Positions 42,342-51,688 of a stretch of 64,000 nt of DNA are shown here, one piece after another. The notes beneath the pieces are model-generated. The model made no database searches. It saw only the letters and a program-made list of their open reading frames with translations, and was not told the DNA's origin. This DNA comes from Coleofasciculus sp. B1-GNL1-01 (GTDB lineage Bacteria > Cyanobacteriota > Cyanobacteriia > Cyanobacteriales > Coleofasciculaceae): the NCBI GenBank assembly GCA_040220235.1, contig JAVJTO010000055.1; one strand, written 5' to 3'. The position numbers and the translations under genes are program-made. Positions within the stretch are counted from its first letter, which is position 1. Each line of letters starts with the position of its first letter.

Positions 42342-43034
42342 GTGTCTATCTGGATTATTCGTCATGCTGAAAGTTGCTCTAATGCTGGGTCGCCAACCAT
42401 CGGACCGCATGATAATGGCTTGAGTGAATTGGGCTACCGACAATCAAAATGTATTCCAACCACCGTGAAACAGTCTCCAGACTTAATTGTGACTTCACCT
42501 TATCTGAGAACGCAACTCACGGCTCAGCCATTGATTGAACAATTTCCACATACACCCATTGAGGTTTGGCAAATTCAGGAATTTACCTATCTAAGCCTAC
42601 CGCTCGACCAACCAACCACACCTTTGATTCGCAAACCTCTGAGCAAAGCTTATTGGGATCGCTGCGACCCTGAATATGTGGATGGAGCCAACGCTGAATC
42701 GTTGGTTCAACTGATGGAACGAGTCCGAAATGCTCTGAACCAGTTGCAACAACAATCCGGTTTTGTGGTTGTCTTTTCACATGGATTCTTTATCAAAGCG
42801 ATGCTGTGGCAGATTTTGGCTAACCCAACGGTAATTGATGCCGTTGCCATGCGTCGGCTTTTAGGATTTTCCCGAGGATTTCGAGTACCGAATGCATCAA
42901 TTTTGCAGATGGAATTTGACTCAAGTGGGATACCTCACTGGAGTTCCTTCATCACCAATCATCTGCCACCGGAGCTAGAATCGGCAACACCCGATGCAAC
43001 AGTGGCGAGTGATGCAGGCGATCAACCTTCATGA
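42342..43034 (+). CDS. Histidine phosphatase (phosphoglycerate mutase family)
   Basis: IRHAES, SPYLRTQLT, FSHG, PNAS. Confidence 0.9.
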   Translation: MSIWIIRHAESCSNAGSPTIGPHDNGLSELGYRQSKCIPTTVKQSPDLIVTSPYLRTQLTAQPLIEQFPHTPIEVWQIQEFTYLSLPLDQPTTPLIRKPLSKAYWDRCDPEYVDGANAESLVQLMERVRNALNQLQQQSGFVVVFSHGFFIKAMLWQILANPTVIDAVAMRRLLGFSRGFRVPNASILQMEFDSSGIPHWSSFITNHLPPELESATPDATVASDAGDQPS

Positions 43035-43107
43035 CCTATCTTTTAGGGGGGAAAGTAACCAAAGTGTTACCAAATGCCAAATAGATAACTTTGTCTAGAA
43101 CAGTAGC

Positions 43108-43357
43108 TTGTAGTATATTGGTAGTACGACTCAACCCCTCATTGTTTCGTGAGCGATCGCTCAGACTTTGCCTCAGGCAAATCGTAGCACCGTTGCTTCC
43201 AGAGGGACAAGGCCGCATACATTACACCCCTTGGCGAAGGTATGTCAGAGCAAAGAGTCCAGAAGAAAAAAATGGCGACGATTCGTGAAGTCTACGATCG
43301 CATTCTCTGGGATGCACGTCTAGACCGCAGCGCCTTTGCGATCGGCTATATCGAGCG
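43108..43357 (+). pseudogene. Truncated duplicate of the upstream region and first 39 codons of the poly(A) polymerase fusion gene
   Basis: 250-bp diverged direct repeat of 44814-45063; encodes MSEQRVQKKKMATIREVYDRILWDARLDRSAFAIGYIER, then breaks. Confidence 0.93.
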
Positions 43358-43362
43358 TATGT

Positions 43363-44742
43363 CTATTGAGCAAACTTATCCGTGGGTGTAATAACTATAG
43401 TTACTGATGACATTACTTCATAAGGTCTAGTGATTTCCTGGTAATTATCTTCATGAAGTCTTATGTGTGTAATATCTGGAAATAATGCTGGTTCTATAGG
43501 ATATAAAGCGTTTGGATTATGAAACATTACTATACTCTCTGACCATGTTTCTCGATATGATGGATGATCGATATCAATTGAGAAAGGAATTGGTTCAAAT
43601 GCTTCTGGATCTGGATCGAAGAGCTTGCCAACTCTAATCATTTTGATAGCTTGACTACCAAGACCAGCAAGCTTTCCCATTCTATTGAACTTTGTAATAG
43701 TTGCACTATTGGTAAATAAAACTGCGCTGATGTTCTCGGTCTCTGGAAGTTTGAAAAAACCTGATGGGATTCTTTTTCCCTCATACTCATGAAAATCAAT
43801 ATCTTCTTTAACTATGCTGCTATTGCCGTTACTATCCTTTGTCAGTCTGATGCGTTTAGCATAGAGGTAGTCCGACAAAGCAGTTCTTGACCAAACCATT
43901 GATCCGGTCTGGTGATAATCATGTATCGCAATTACCAATGGCTTACCACGGACATGTTCCTTTTCCCAATATTTCTTATTTAGCTTTGAGTAAAGAGGAC
44001 TTCCAAACTTGATAGGCATATAATGCCTAAGCCGTTCGTCTAAATCTTCTTGACTCGTTGGTTCTGGCAAGTCTTGTTTGTGTCTACTAGGATTGACGGT
44101 AACAGCCTCAATACAGATTATCTGATTAAATCGCTCTACAACATAATCAGGAGCGTTGAAAGAACGATCTATTTTAAAGCCCGACTCATGAAGATAAACA
44201 TATAGAAAAATTTCCCAGAGTCTTGAATCAAAACCACTTGTTTGAAAGTCCCGAATAAAATTACCATCGGGATCAGTGAATGTATAAATAATCTCTTCAA
44301 TTAGATTTCGAGCCGCCTCAAATCTAGGTTCTTCAACCAAGTAGCGGAAATAAGGATGTAGTTTTTCTGGTGCAACGATTTGTTTATAGATGTATTGAGG
44401 CGGACTATCCTCATCTCCTTGAGGATATTGTTCGTGCTCTTCCTGACTAAACTCAGTTAACTTTTTTTCAAGCTCCTTGCGTGCATCTTCAATAGAATTA
44501 AAGCTAACTCCAGTGTAGATGCAACGGTAATTTTTGCGTGTGTCTCGACCAAAAATTACAAAATTCCAATCGTTATCAAACTTATCGATGAATATATTTG
44601 CAATAAGAATTTTTCGTTCGTCAGTGTACCACTCGACTTCCTTATTAATAGTAAAAGCCTCTGTTTCCGGCTTAATTCCTCTGACAAGCGGATCGCGAAC
44701 ATAGCACAGAGCATTAAAGTACTCTTGAGAGATAGGGTGCAT
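43363..44742 (-). CDS. Hypothetical protein with PD-(D/E)XK-like nuclease motif, probably foreign
   Basis: FDSRLWE..APDYVV..ICIEAVT; AT-rich; no HIP1 octamer seen in 1.4 kb. Confidence 0.7.
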   Translation of the reverse strand: MHPISQEYFNALCYVRDPLVRGIKPETEAFTINKEVEWYTDERKILIANIFIDKFDNDWNFVIFGRDTRKNYRCIYTGVSFNSIEDARKELEKKLTEFSQEEHEQYPQGDEDSPPQYIYKQIVAPEKLHPYFRYLVEEPRFEAARNLIEEIIYTFTDPDGNFIRDFQTSGFDSRLWEIFLYVYLHESGFKIDRSFNAPDYVVERFNQIICIEAVTVNPSRHKQDLPEPTSQEDLDERLRHYMPIKFGSPLYSKLNKKYWEKEHVRGKPLVIAIHDYHQTGSMVWSRTALSDYLYAKRIRLTKDSNGNSSIVKEDIDFHEYEGKRIPSGFFKLPETENISAVLFTNSATITKFNRMGKLAGLGSQAIKMIRVGKLFDPDPEAFEPIPFSIDIDHPSYRETWSESIVMFHNPNALYPIEPALFPDITHIRLHEDNYQEITRPYEVMSSVTIVITPTDKFAQ

Positions 44743-44947
44743 TGCAGAAACTCTAGAACCTTAAATTGCAATAAATTGGCTGACACTTAGCTTTTCGTGG
44801 CAACCAAATACTATTGTAGTATATTAGTAACACACCTGAACCCCTCATTGTTTCGTTAGCGATCGCTCAGACTTTGCCTCAGGCAAATCGTAGCACCGTT
44901 GCTTCCAGAGGGACAAGGCAGCATACATCACACCCCTTGGCGTAGCC

Positions 44948-47900
44948 ATGTCAGAGCAAAAAGTCCAGAAGAAAAAAATGGCGACGATTCGCGAGATCTA
45001 CGATCGCATTCTCTGGGATGCACGTCTAGACCGCAGCGCCTTTGCCATCGGCTATATCGAGCGCAGGTCTGAAGAAGGTATCCGCGAAAAACCATTTACC
45101 TCTTGGTCAACCGATGGAGACATCCCATTGCATCGCATCCGCTATATACGCTGCGGGGAGGAAATCGTTTGGGATCGCGACCAGCACTTGGATCTGTTCT
45201 CGGCAGGACAACTGCCTGATGCTGCCTTTCTAGCGCATCCCCAAGAGGAGACACATTGGGCTACAGTCACACCTCCTGCACAAAGCCAACACCTACTATT
45301 CAAGCCACGATCGGCCTACCAGTACAGTTCACAAGGTTGGCAACCAACTGACCAACCGTCAACAGAGACAACAATAGGTACGCTGACCATTGCCAGTTTT
45401 AACGTGCTGTGCGACAGCTACGAGCAGGAACGCATCCAGACAGCACAACGCCTGCCTGTGATTGTAGAACATCTGCGCCGATGCGATGCGGATATTATCG
45501 CGCTACAAGAAGCGACGCCACCCCTGCTAGACGTGTTGTTAAAACAGGATTGGGTACACTCTTACACCATTTCTGAATCACCCGAAGGACAAACTCTAAA
45601 GCCCTATGGTGTTTTGCTTCTATCGCGACTGCCGTTTACGCTGGTCGAGCATCAGTATTCGGCGCACAAGCGGGTGCTGGTGGGAACCTGGCAGATTAAC
45701 GGGCGATCGCTACATTTAGCCGTCGTGCATCTGACCAGCAATCGCGCCCGCAATGCTCTTGAAGTCCGGGCAAATCAACGTTCTGTATTACTGGAGTATC
45801 TCAAGACGCTGCCAGGAGAGAGTTTCATTGTTGGAGATTTCAACAGCCGAGGGGATGAGCCAGAGGAGGAGTTGAGCCAAAGCGGTTTTGTCGATGTTTG
45901 GACGCTGCTGCATCCTGATGATCCAGGCTACACCTTTGACCCAGAACGTAACCCGCTAGCCACATTGATGAGTTTGAACGGTGAGGCGGCGCGGTTTGAT
46001 CGCATCTTACAGCGCAGTGAAGATGGGTGCTGGATGCCTCGTTCGATGGAGTTGTTTGCCTGCGAACCTGTAGCGGATACCCAAGGAACCCTTTACCCCT
46101 CCGATCATTTCGGCATCCGTGCCGTTTTGGATTACTCAACGCCCACAATAGCAGCGTTGCAGACAGTGCCGCCAGTCTATCGGAGTGCAGTTGTGGTGAT
46201 TCCCTCGGCTGATGTGTTACCTGCGATTCAAGCAATTCGCCACCGATATGATCGCAGGTTCCACCGTTGGATGCCGCACATCAATTTGCTGTATGGCTTT
46301 GTGCCAGAGGAGTATTTTGAAGAAGCAGCGCAAGCGATCGCACTTGCACTTGCCCAATGGCAACCCTTTGAGATAACGCTCACCAGCTTTGAGGCATTCA
46401 AGCACCGCTCTAGCTGTACGGCATGGTTGCGCCCCGTTGCCCAACCCCCAGATGCACTCCATCAGTTGCAAGCCGTTCTCCAGCAGTTGTTCCTGCAGTG
46501 CGACGAGCAAAGCCAGAAGTCAGCAGCAGGGTTTACACCGCATCTGAGCGTCGGTCAGTTTCCCACTGCACAGGAAGCCAAAACCCAGCTTCCTTCCTGG
46601 CATCCAGTGAGTTTTCTCGTGAACTCCGTAGCCCTGATTAGCCGTCGCGGTGATGAGCCGTTTGAGGTGCGATACAGGGTGCATTTAGGGCAAGAGAGCA
46701 AGGATTGTAGAGACGCGCCATGGCGCGTCTGGGAAGCTGGGGAAGAGACAACTAACCTAATGCAGCGACTGAACCACCTCGAACCCGAGCTGAGTCAGGA
46801 GCAACGCCAGCATCGCGAAACCATTTTGGCATTAGTCGAGCAAGCTTGTGCCGAGTGTTTGGGTTTCCCGGTATCCCTGCATCGAGTAGGTTCGGCACGT
46901 TTGGGCGTGCAGAGTCCGCAAAGCGATTTAGATGTTCTTTGCCTGATTCCCGCGTATCTGTCTGGGGAGGCGTTTTTGGAAAGCGTGGGACAACGCTTGG
47001 AGGGATTATGCGATCGCGCCCAAGTCGTCTCATCTGCCAAGATACCTCTGTTAAGGATGGGATTTGAAGGCGTGTCTGTTGATCTCCTGTATGCCCGCTA
47101 TCCTTCTGATCTAGGCACAGTTGAGCCGTTCACAGAGGCAGCACGACCCTTTTTTGATCCAGTGAGTTGGAAAGCACTGGTGGGTTGTTTGGAAGCTGAT
47201 ATCCTTACAGCTATAGTACGCCAGTCTGTACCGCTAGCGTCTTTCCGGCAGCTTTTGAGGGCAGTGCGGGCGTGGGCGAAGGCACGCCAGATTCACGGCA
47301 ATGCTTGGGGGTTTCTGGGTAGCTTTTCCTGGGCATTGCTGGCGGCTTGGAGTTGCACTCGTTTTCCCGAAGCGGGTGCGGATACAGGGCTTGAGGCATT
47401 ACTTGCTCATTTTTTCCAGGTACTCAACCAACAGGATTGGAGTCAGCCTGTAGCCTTGACCCCAGCAGGTAAACAATACCAGAAATTGCCCTATGACTGG
47501 CTACCTGTCATCACCTCCATTGAACCCTGTCAAAACAGCGCTCGTAATGTCACGCGATCAACTGCCCAGATTTTGCGCCGCGAATTCGAGCGAGGGGCCG
47601 CTATTTCAGAGCAAGTGTTGGCTGGCAAAATAGGTTGGGACGCTCTTTTCGAGATAGCTGATTTACCGACGCAATCCGATTCGTTCTTGGTGCTGACGGC
47701 AACCTGTGACAACAACGATCGCTTGTCAGCTTGCTGCGGGTGGCTGGAAGGTCATGCGATCGGATTGGTCATCGCTCTGGAACAGCAACTCGATCTGTAT
47801 GTTAGACCTTGGACTGGGATTCTGAAAGGGCAAAACAGGATTTGCGCGGTGTTAGGATTAAACTCTTCCCAAGACTTTGATGATGTTGCAATTGAGCAGG

Positions 47901-48013
47901 TTGGTCGAGATTTTGTTCTTCAGTTCAATGCTGATTCTAATGGCAGTATGTTGGAGTGTGTGGCGTGCGATCGCGTTACACTTGTCCAATATGTAAACCT
48001 GCCTGCCAAATAA
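44948..48013 (+). CDS. Multidomain RNA end-repair protein: MJ1316/DUF504 + EEP + 2H phosphoesterase + eukaryote-type poly(A) polymerase
   Basis: IYDRILWD..IGY..IPLHRIRY..IVWDR; ASFNV/LQE/GDFN/FDRI/SDHFG; PHINL and PHLSV; GSARLG..SDLDVL..VDL; RAVRAWAKARQI..GFLGSFSWALL; QNSARNV. Start 44948 or 44978. Confidence 0.9.
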   Translation: MSEQKVQKKKMATIREIYDRILWDARLDRSAFAIGYIERRSEEGIREKPFTSWSTDGDIPLHRIRYIRCGEEIVWDRDQHLDLFSAGQLPDAAFLAHPQEETHWATVTPPAQSQHLLFKPRSAYQYSSQGWQPTDQPSTETTIGTLTIASFNVLCDSYEQERIQTAQRLPVIVEHLRRCDADIIALQEATPPLLDVLLKQDWVHSYTISESPEGQTLKPYGVLLLSRLPFTLVEHQYSAHKRVLVGTWQINGRSLHLAVVHLTSNRARNALEVRANQRSVLLEYLKTLPGESFIVGDFNSRGDEPEEELSQSGFVDVWTLLHPDDPGYTFDPERNPLATLMSLNGEAARFDRILQRSEDGCWMPRSMELFACEPVADTQGTLYPSDHFGIRAVLDYSTPTIAALQTVPPVYRSAVVVIPSADVLPAIQAIRHRYDRRFHRWMPHINLLYGFVPEEYFEEAAQAIALALAQWQPFEITLTSFEAFKHRSSCTAWLRPVAQPPDALHQLQAVLQQLFLQCDEQSQKSAAGFTPHLSVGQFPTAQEAKTQLPSWHPVSFLVNSVALISRRGDEPFEVRYRVHLGQESKDCRDAPWRVWEAGEETTNLMQRLNHLEPELSQEQRQHRETILALVEQACAECLGFPVSLHRVGSARLGVQSPQSDLDVLCLIPAYLSGEAFLESVGQRLEGLCDRAQVVSSAKIPLLRMGFEGVSVDLLYARYPSDLGTVEPFTEAARPFFDPVSWKALVGCLEADILTAIVRQSVPLASFRQLLRAVRAWAKARQIHGNAWGFLGSFSWALLAAWSCTRFPEAGADTGLEALLAHFFQVLNQQDWSQPVALTPAGKQYQKLPYDWLPVITSIEPCQNSARNVTRSTAQILRREFERGAAISEQVLAGKIGWDALFEIADLPTQSDSFLVLTATCDNNDRLSACCGWLEGHAIGLVIALEQQLDLYVRPWTGILKGQNRICAVLGLNSSQDFDDVAIEQVGRDFVLQFNADSNGSMLECVACDRVTLVQYVNLPAK

Positions 48014-48177
48014 CTAGAGCGCCAGTCCAGTAATCAAAATCGATACTAGAATCTACGACAATCTGTAAATGTTTGTGGAAATTTGTCAAGTTAGCCGGGA
48101 ATATATTAACAGTAGAATCCTTGTTTAATAAGGCTTTCAGGTAGTTTAAGATAGAGGCGGATAAAAGAGGGTACTAT

Positions 48178-48666
48178 CTAGAGGGGACTACCTGTCGGGA
48201 ATAGCAGTGCTAATCGCTTTTCCCGGAGTTTAGCCTCTTCAGTACAAATCTCTTCAATCTGCTTTACAATTTCTGCATCAACACCAACTTTAGCTGCCAT
48301 TTTGGTAACAGTTTCCCGCTCTCCGCTACTATATTCACCATCCGCTGAGCAAGCCCTGATCGCGTCATAGACAAGATAGCGTCGAGACGCATTTGCTGCG
48401 GCATCTCTAGAAATAACTGAATCAATGTCTTCATCCGCCTCATCCGCCGGGTAAGTTTTGAGTTTTTCAACCACTTGATCAGGGGCGCCAAGGGCTGATG
48501 CGTACCCAACAATCCAATCTCGTTCCGCCTGAGTTAACTCATTATCGCCATTGGCACAAATCAATAACGATTTCATATAACTATCGTAGGAAGAAGATCC
48601 TGGAATATCGTTCAAACCGCATCTCTCAGCGAAAATCCAATAAACACCTTCTTTTCGGGTAGACAT
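48178..48666 (-). CDS. TerB-like helical protein
   Basis: ANGDNELTQAE and ACSADGEYSSGE repeats typical of the TerB fold; AGGAG RBS. Confidence 0.6.
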   Translation of the reverse strand: MSTRKEGVYWIFAERCGLNDIPGSSSYDSYMKSLLICANGDNELTQAERDWIVGYASALGAPDQVVEKLKTYPADEADEDIDSVISRDAAANASRRYLVYDAIRACSADGEYSSGERETVTKMAAKVGVDAEIVKQIEEICTEEAKLREKRLALLFPTGSPL

Positions 48667-49002
48667 AATCCGATTACTCCTGATCAATATTTGACGGGCT
48701 GGTAGGGAGCTTTATGCCTTACCATCCCAACTAAAAAGAATAACAAAATATCGGCTTACTGTAAAGCTAAAATCAATTAATTTTTTATCTGAATTAACCT
48801 CTTAATAAATGGACAAGGCGGCACTTGTTTCTGTCTCGTGATAAGTCTCTACAAAAGTACCGTTCACCCAGTCAACACAGCGCTTTGCATCTAATACCAA
48901 ATCCGGGTTAGCCACCCCCCTTATAAGCTAGTCCGCGCAGGCTGACTTTGTTTGTGTAGCTGCGACTTCTAGTCGCTAGGGCAAAAAAGGGGTTCCTTAT
49001 GC

Positions 49003-50346
49003 TTATGCCTGAATTTCAAAATTATTCAGATAAGCAATCGGATCACTCGGATCAAATTGGCGTTGATCGATAAAAACGGTAGCAGGTTCTACTTTCATCG
49101 GATCACTGGGTAGCTCAATCTTTAATGCCTCCGCCACTTCTGTATAAACGTCTAACGGATAAATTTCCTCCAGGATTTCATCAGCATCCTTGGGATAATC
49201 TTGTTGCTCAATTTGACCCCAACGAATCATCTGAGTCAGCAACCACATCCCATGAGAACGCCAGGGATAGTTAACTGGATTCGGCTTTTCTGGATCATCG
49301 CTATTTTGACCATAAAACCGATAGAAATTAGGAATCGTTTCCAACCGTTCCTGGTTATCAAAACCACCATAACTATAGTTACCCAATAAAGTCGGTTCTA
49401 TAAATTCCTGATCCGTATCCAGATACCTGCTTTGGGCAAGAATTTGGGCAACTTCGCGGCGATTTTGGGCTTGCTCACAAAACTGACAGGCTTCGAGAAT
49501 CGCCGCAACTAAAGCTCTCGCGGTTGCGGGATGTTCCTCCACCCAAGCTTGCATTGTGGCTAGCACATTTCCCGGATGTCCCGTCCAAATATTCTGAGAG
49601 ATATTGCCGATAAATCCATTTCCCTGCAAAACTGTCTGTTGGTTCCAGGGTTCACTGCTGCTATAGGCATCCATCACCCCGGCTTGAATTTTATAGATCA
49701 TTTGGGAGGGGGCAATCTCCATAAATTCAACCTCGCTTTCCGGATTAATTCCCATCGCCGCTAACCAATAGCGGCTAATGTAATAATCCATCGAAGCATT
49801 CGACTCTGTGGCAAAGATAGGCGGTTCCTGGAATTTGCGAACATATTGTCTATAGGAATCGGCAAACTCCTGAAAGGTGAAATATTCAATCGCTGGTCGA
49901 ATTCCCGCGTCCCAGGCTTTGGGAGATAAGGTAATGCTACTGCCATGGAGATTGAGTACCATCAGGGCAATCATGGGGGCGGATTCTGAGCCTAATTGTG
50001 CCATCATTGGCATTCCATACAAGGCTTGAGCCGCATCTAACTGGTAGTCGAGTAAGCCATCCTGAATTTGATTCCAATTCTCTTGCTTACTCAGGCTAAC
50101 ATTCAGTCCATAGCGAGCAAAAAAGCCTAATTCTTGGGCGATAACGAGGGGCGCACTTTCGATAATGGGAATAATGCCGAGGTTGAGGTACGTTTTTTCG
50201 AGTTTGCCAAAGTCAACATCTGAGACGGAGGAGGATTCAGATGAGTTATTCTTTCCGGAAGTGGACAAATTCACCGAGTTGCAAGCTGCAAAGGCTAATC
50301 CTGTACTTGCCAGACTGGTGTATTTGAGAAAATGGCGGCGCTTCAT
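49003..50346 (-). CDS. CmpA/NrtA-family ABC substrate-binding lipoprotein
   Basis: Tat signal KRRHFLK + lipobox FAAC; LGIIP..APLVIAQELGFF; YWLAAMGINP; EPWN; YPWRSH..W.LTQMIRWG. Confidence 0.9.
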   Translation of the reverse strand: MKRRHFLKYTSLASTGLAFAACNSVNLSTSGKNNSSESSSVSDVDFGKLEKTYLNLGIIPIIESAPLVIAQELGFFARYGLNVSLSKQENWNQIQDGLLDYQLDAAQALYGMPMMAQLGSESAPMIALMVLNLHGSSITLSPKAWDAGIRPAIEYFTFQEFADSYRQYVRKFQEPPIFATESNASMDYYISRYWLAAMGINPESEVEFMEIAPSQMIYKIQAGVMDAYSSSEPWNQQTVLQGNGFIGNISQNIWTGHPGNVLATMQAWVEEHPATARALVAAILEACQFCEQAQNRREVAQILAQSRYLDTDQEFIEPTLLGNYSYGGFDNQERLETIPNFYRFYGQNSDDPEKPNPVNYPWRSHGMWLLTQMIRWGQIEQQDYPKDADEILEEIYPLDVYTEVAEALKIELPSDPMKVEPATVFIDQRQFDPSDPIAYLNNFEIQA

Positions 50347-50401
50347 GTTCTTGTATTCTCACCCAATAAATTATAGATGCTGACTTGAATCTACCGCGTT
50401 T

Positions 50402-50670
50402 GGGGAAGATGGGGGAGATGGGGGAGATGGGGGAGATGGGGAAGATGGGGGAGATGGGGGAGATGGGGGAGATGGGGGAGATGGGGGAGATGGGGAAGAT
50501 GGGGGAGATGGGGAAGATGGGGGAGATGAGGGAGATGGGGAAGATGGGGGAGATGGGGGAGATGGGGGAGATGGGGGAGATGGGGGAGATGGGGGAGATG
50601 GGGGAGATGGGGGAGATGAGGGAGATGGGGGAGATGAGGGAGATGGGGAAGATGGGGGAGATGGGGGAGA
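50402..50670. repeat. 9-bp tandem repeat (GGGGGAGAT), ~30 copies
   Basis: Directly visible, with variants GGGGAAGAT and GAGGGAGAT. Confidence 0.97.
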
Positions 50671-50674
50671 AAAA

Positions 50675-50931
50675 TTCAATCTTGAACGTCAATAATAGCA
50701 AAATCCTTGTAGTGCGAGCATCTTGCTCGCTACATTGAACATCTTGCTCGCTACATTGAACATCTTGCTCGCTACATTGAACATCTTGCTCGCTACATTG
50801 AACATCTTGCTCGCTACATTGAACATCTTGCTCGCTACATTGAACATCTTGCTCGCTACATTGAGCATCTTGCTCGCTACCTTGAACATCTTGCTCGCTA
50901 CTAATACCCAATTTAGATGCATGACAGCTTA
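50675..50931. mobile_element. Truncated MITE (35892 family, opposite orientation) with 21-bp tandem expansion x9
   Basis: AAATCCTTGTAGTGCGAG[CATCTTGCTCGCTACATTGAA]n CTAATACCCAATTTAGATGCATGACAGCTTA; units start at 50719 through 50887. Confidence 0.88.
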
Positions 50932-50940
50932 TCCGATCAG

Positions 50941-51537
50941 TCAGGTATCGACTACCGTTTTACTAATCGGTTGACCTGTCCAAACGATAACCGATAAAAG
51001 TTGGCTACGCGGTTCCGCCTTAAATCCCCCAACCACGGGTTTAATTTCCAGGAAAAATATTTCCCAACACGCTGGTTCCATGACCCACTGTATCGGTGTG
51101 TTCGGCAACTGGATGCCGCATCGTTGGACTGATGATCCATAAATCGGGCGAATCGTTGAAGGACAAAACAGTAAGTCAATAACGTTCGGTTTAAACCCAT
51201 ATTTAGCCGCAAAATAGGTGACATCTTCCCATTGATAAATTAACTTGTCGTTCGTCCCTAAATAGTCATCATTTTCTGAACAATTGGCTCCAAGTAACCA
51301 CACTAATCTAGAGCATATCACTTCCACGCGCAGGCGATCGCTCCTAAGTAGGTTTACCTCTTCAGGCAGCAAGATAGCGTCAGATTTGGGCGACCAAATC
51401 TGGACGGAGGTATTGCCATCAATGGACACCTCTCTCAAGATGAGATGGGGCGGATATCCGGCAGGATACGCAGGCGCGATCGCCAGTTCCTCCGGAATGA
51501 ATCGATTAATCATATTACCTACTGCAATGTCTGCCAC
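50941..51537 (-). CDS. Hypothetical protein
   Basis: 198-aa ORF with HIP1 sites and ordinary composition. Confidence 0.6.
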   Translation of the reverse strand: MADIAVGNMINRFIPEELAIAPAYPAGYPPHLILREVSIDGNTSVQIWSPKSDAILLPEEVNLLRSDRLRVEVICSRLVWLLGANCSENDDYLGTNDKLIYQWEDVTYFAAKYGFKPNVIDLLFCPSTIRPIYGSSVQRCGIQLPNTPIQWVMEPACWEIFFLEIKPVVGGFKAEPRSQLLSVIVWTGQPISKTVVDT

Positions 51538-51688
51538 TCAATCGAAGAGTGCTATACCTTGCAGTTTCGTATATTTAGGCATGAAATTAGGATAATTTAT
51601 GCATTTAACGAATCAAAATTATTTTATTTTTGCATAAATTATCCTAAAATTGGCAATTATCCCAAAAAACGTCACGGTTTAGGTAAGT

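Noticed and set aside
43091..43288. 65-aa ORF across the duplicated leader
   Set aside because: The equivalent frame has a TAG in the second copy; not conserved
50246..50974. Several ORFs with SPI/PPS/GEM/SEQDVQC repeats
   Set aside because: They are translations of the 9-bp and 21-bp DNA tandem repeats, open in several frames on both strands
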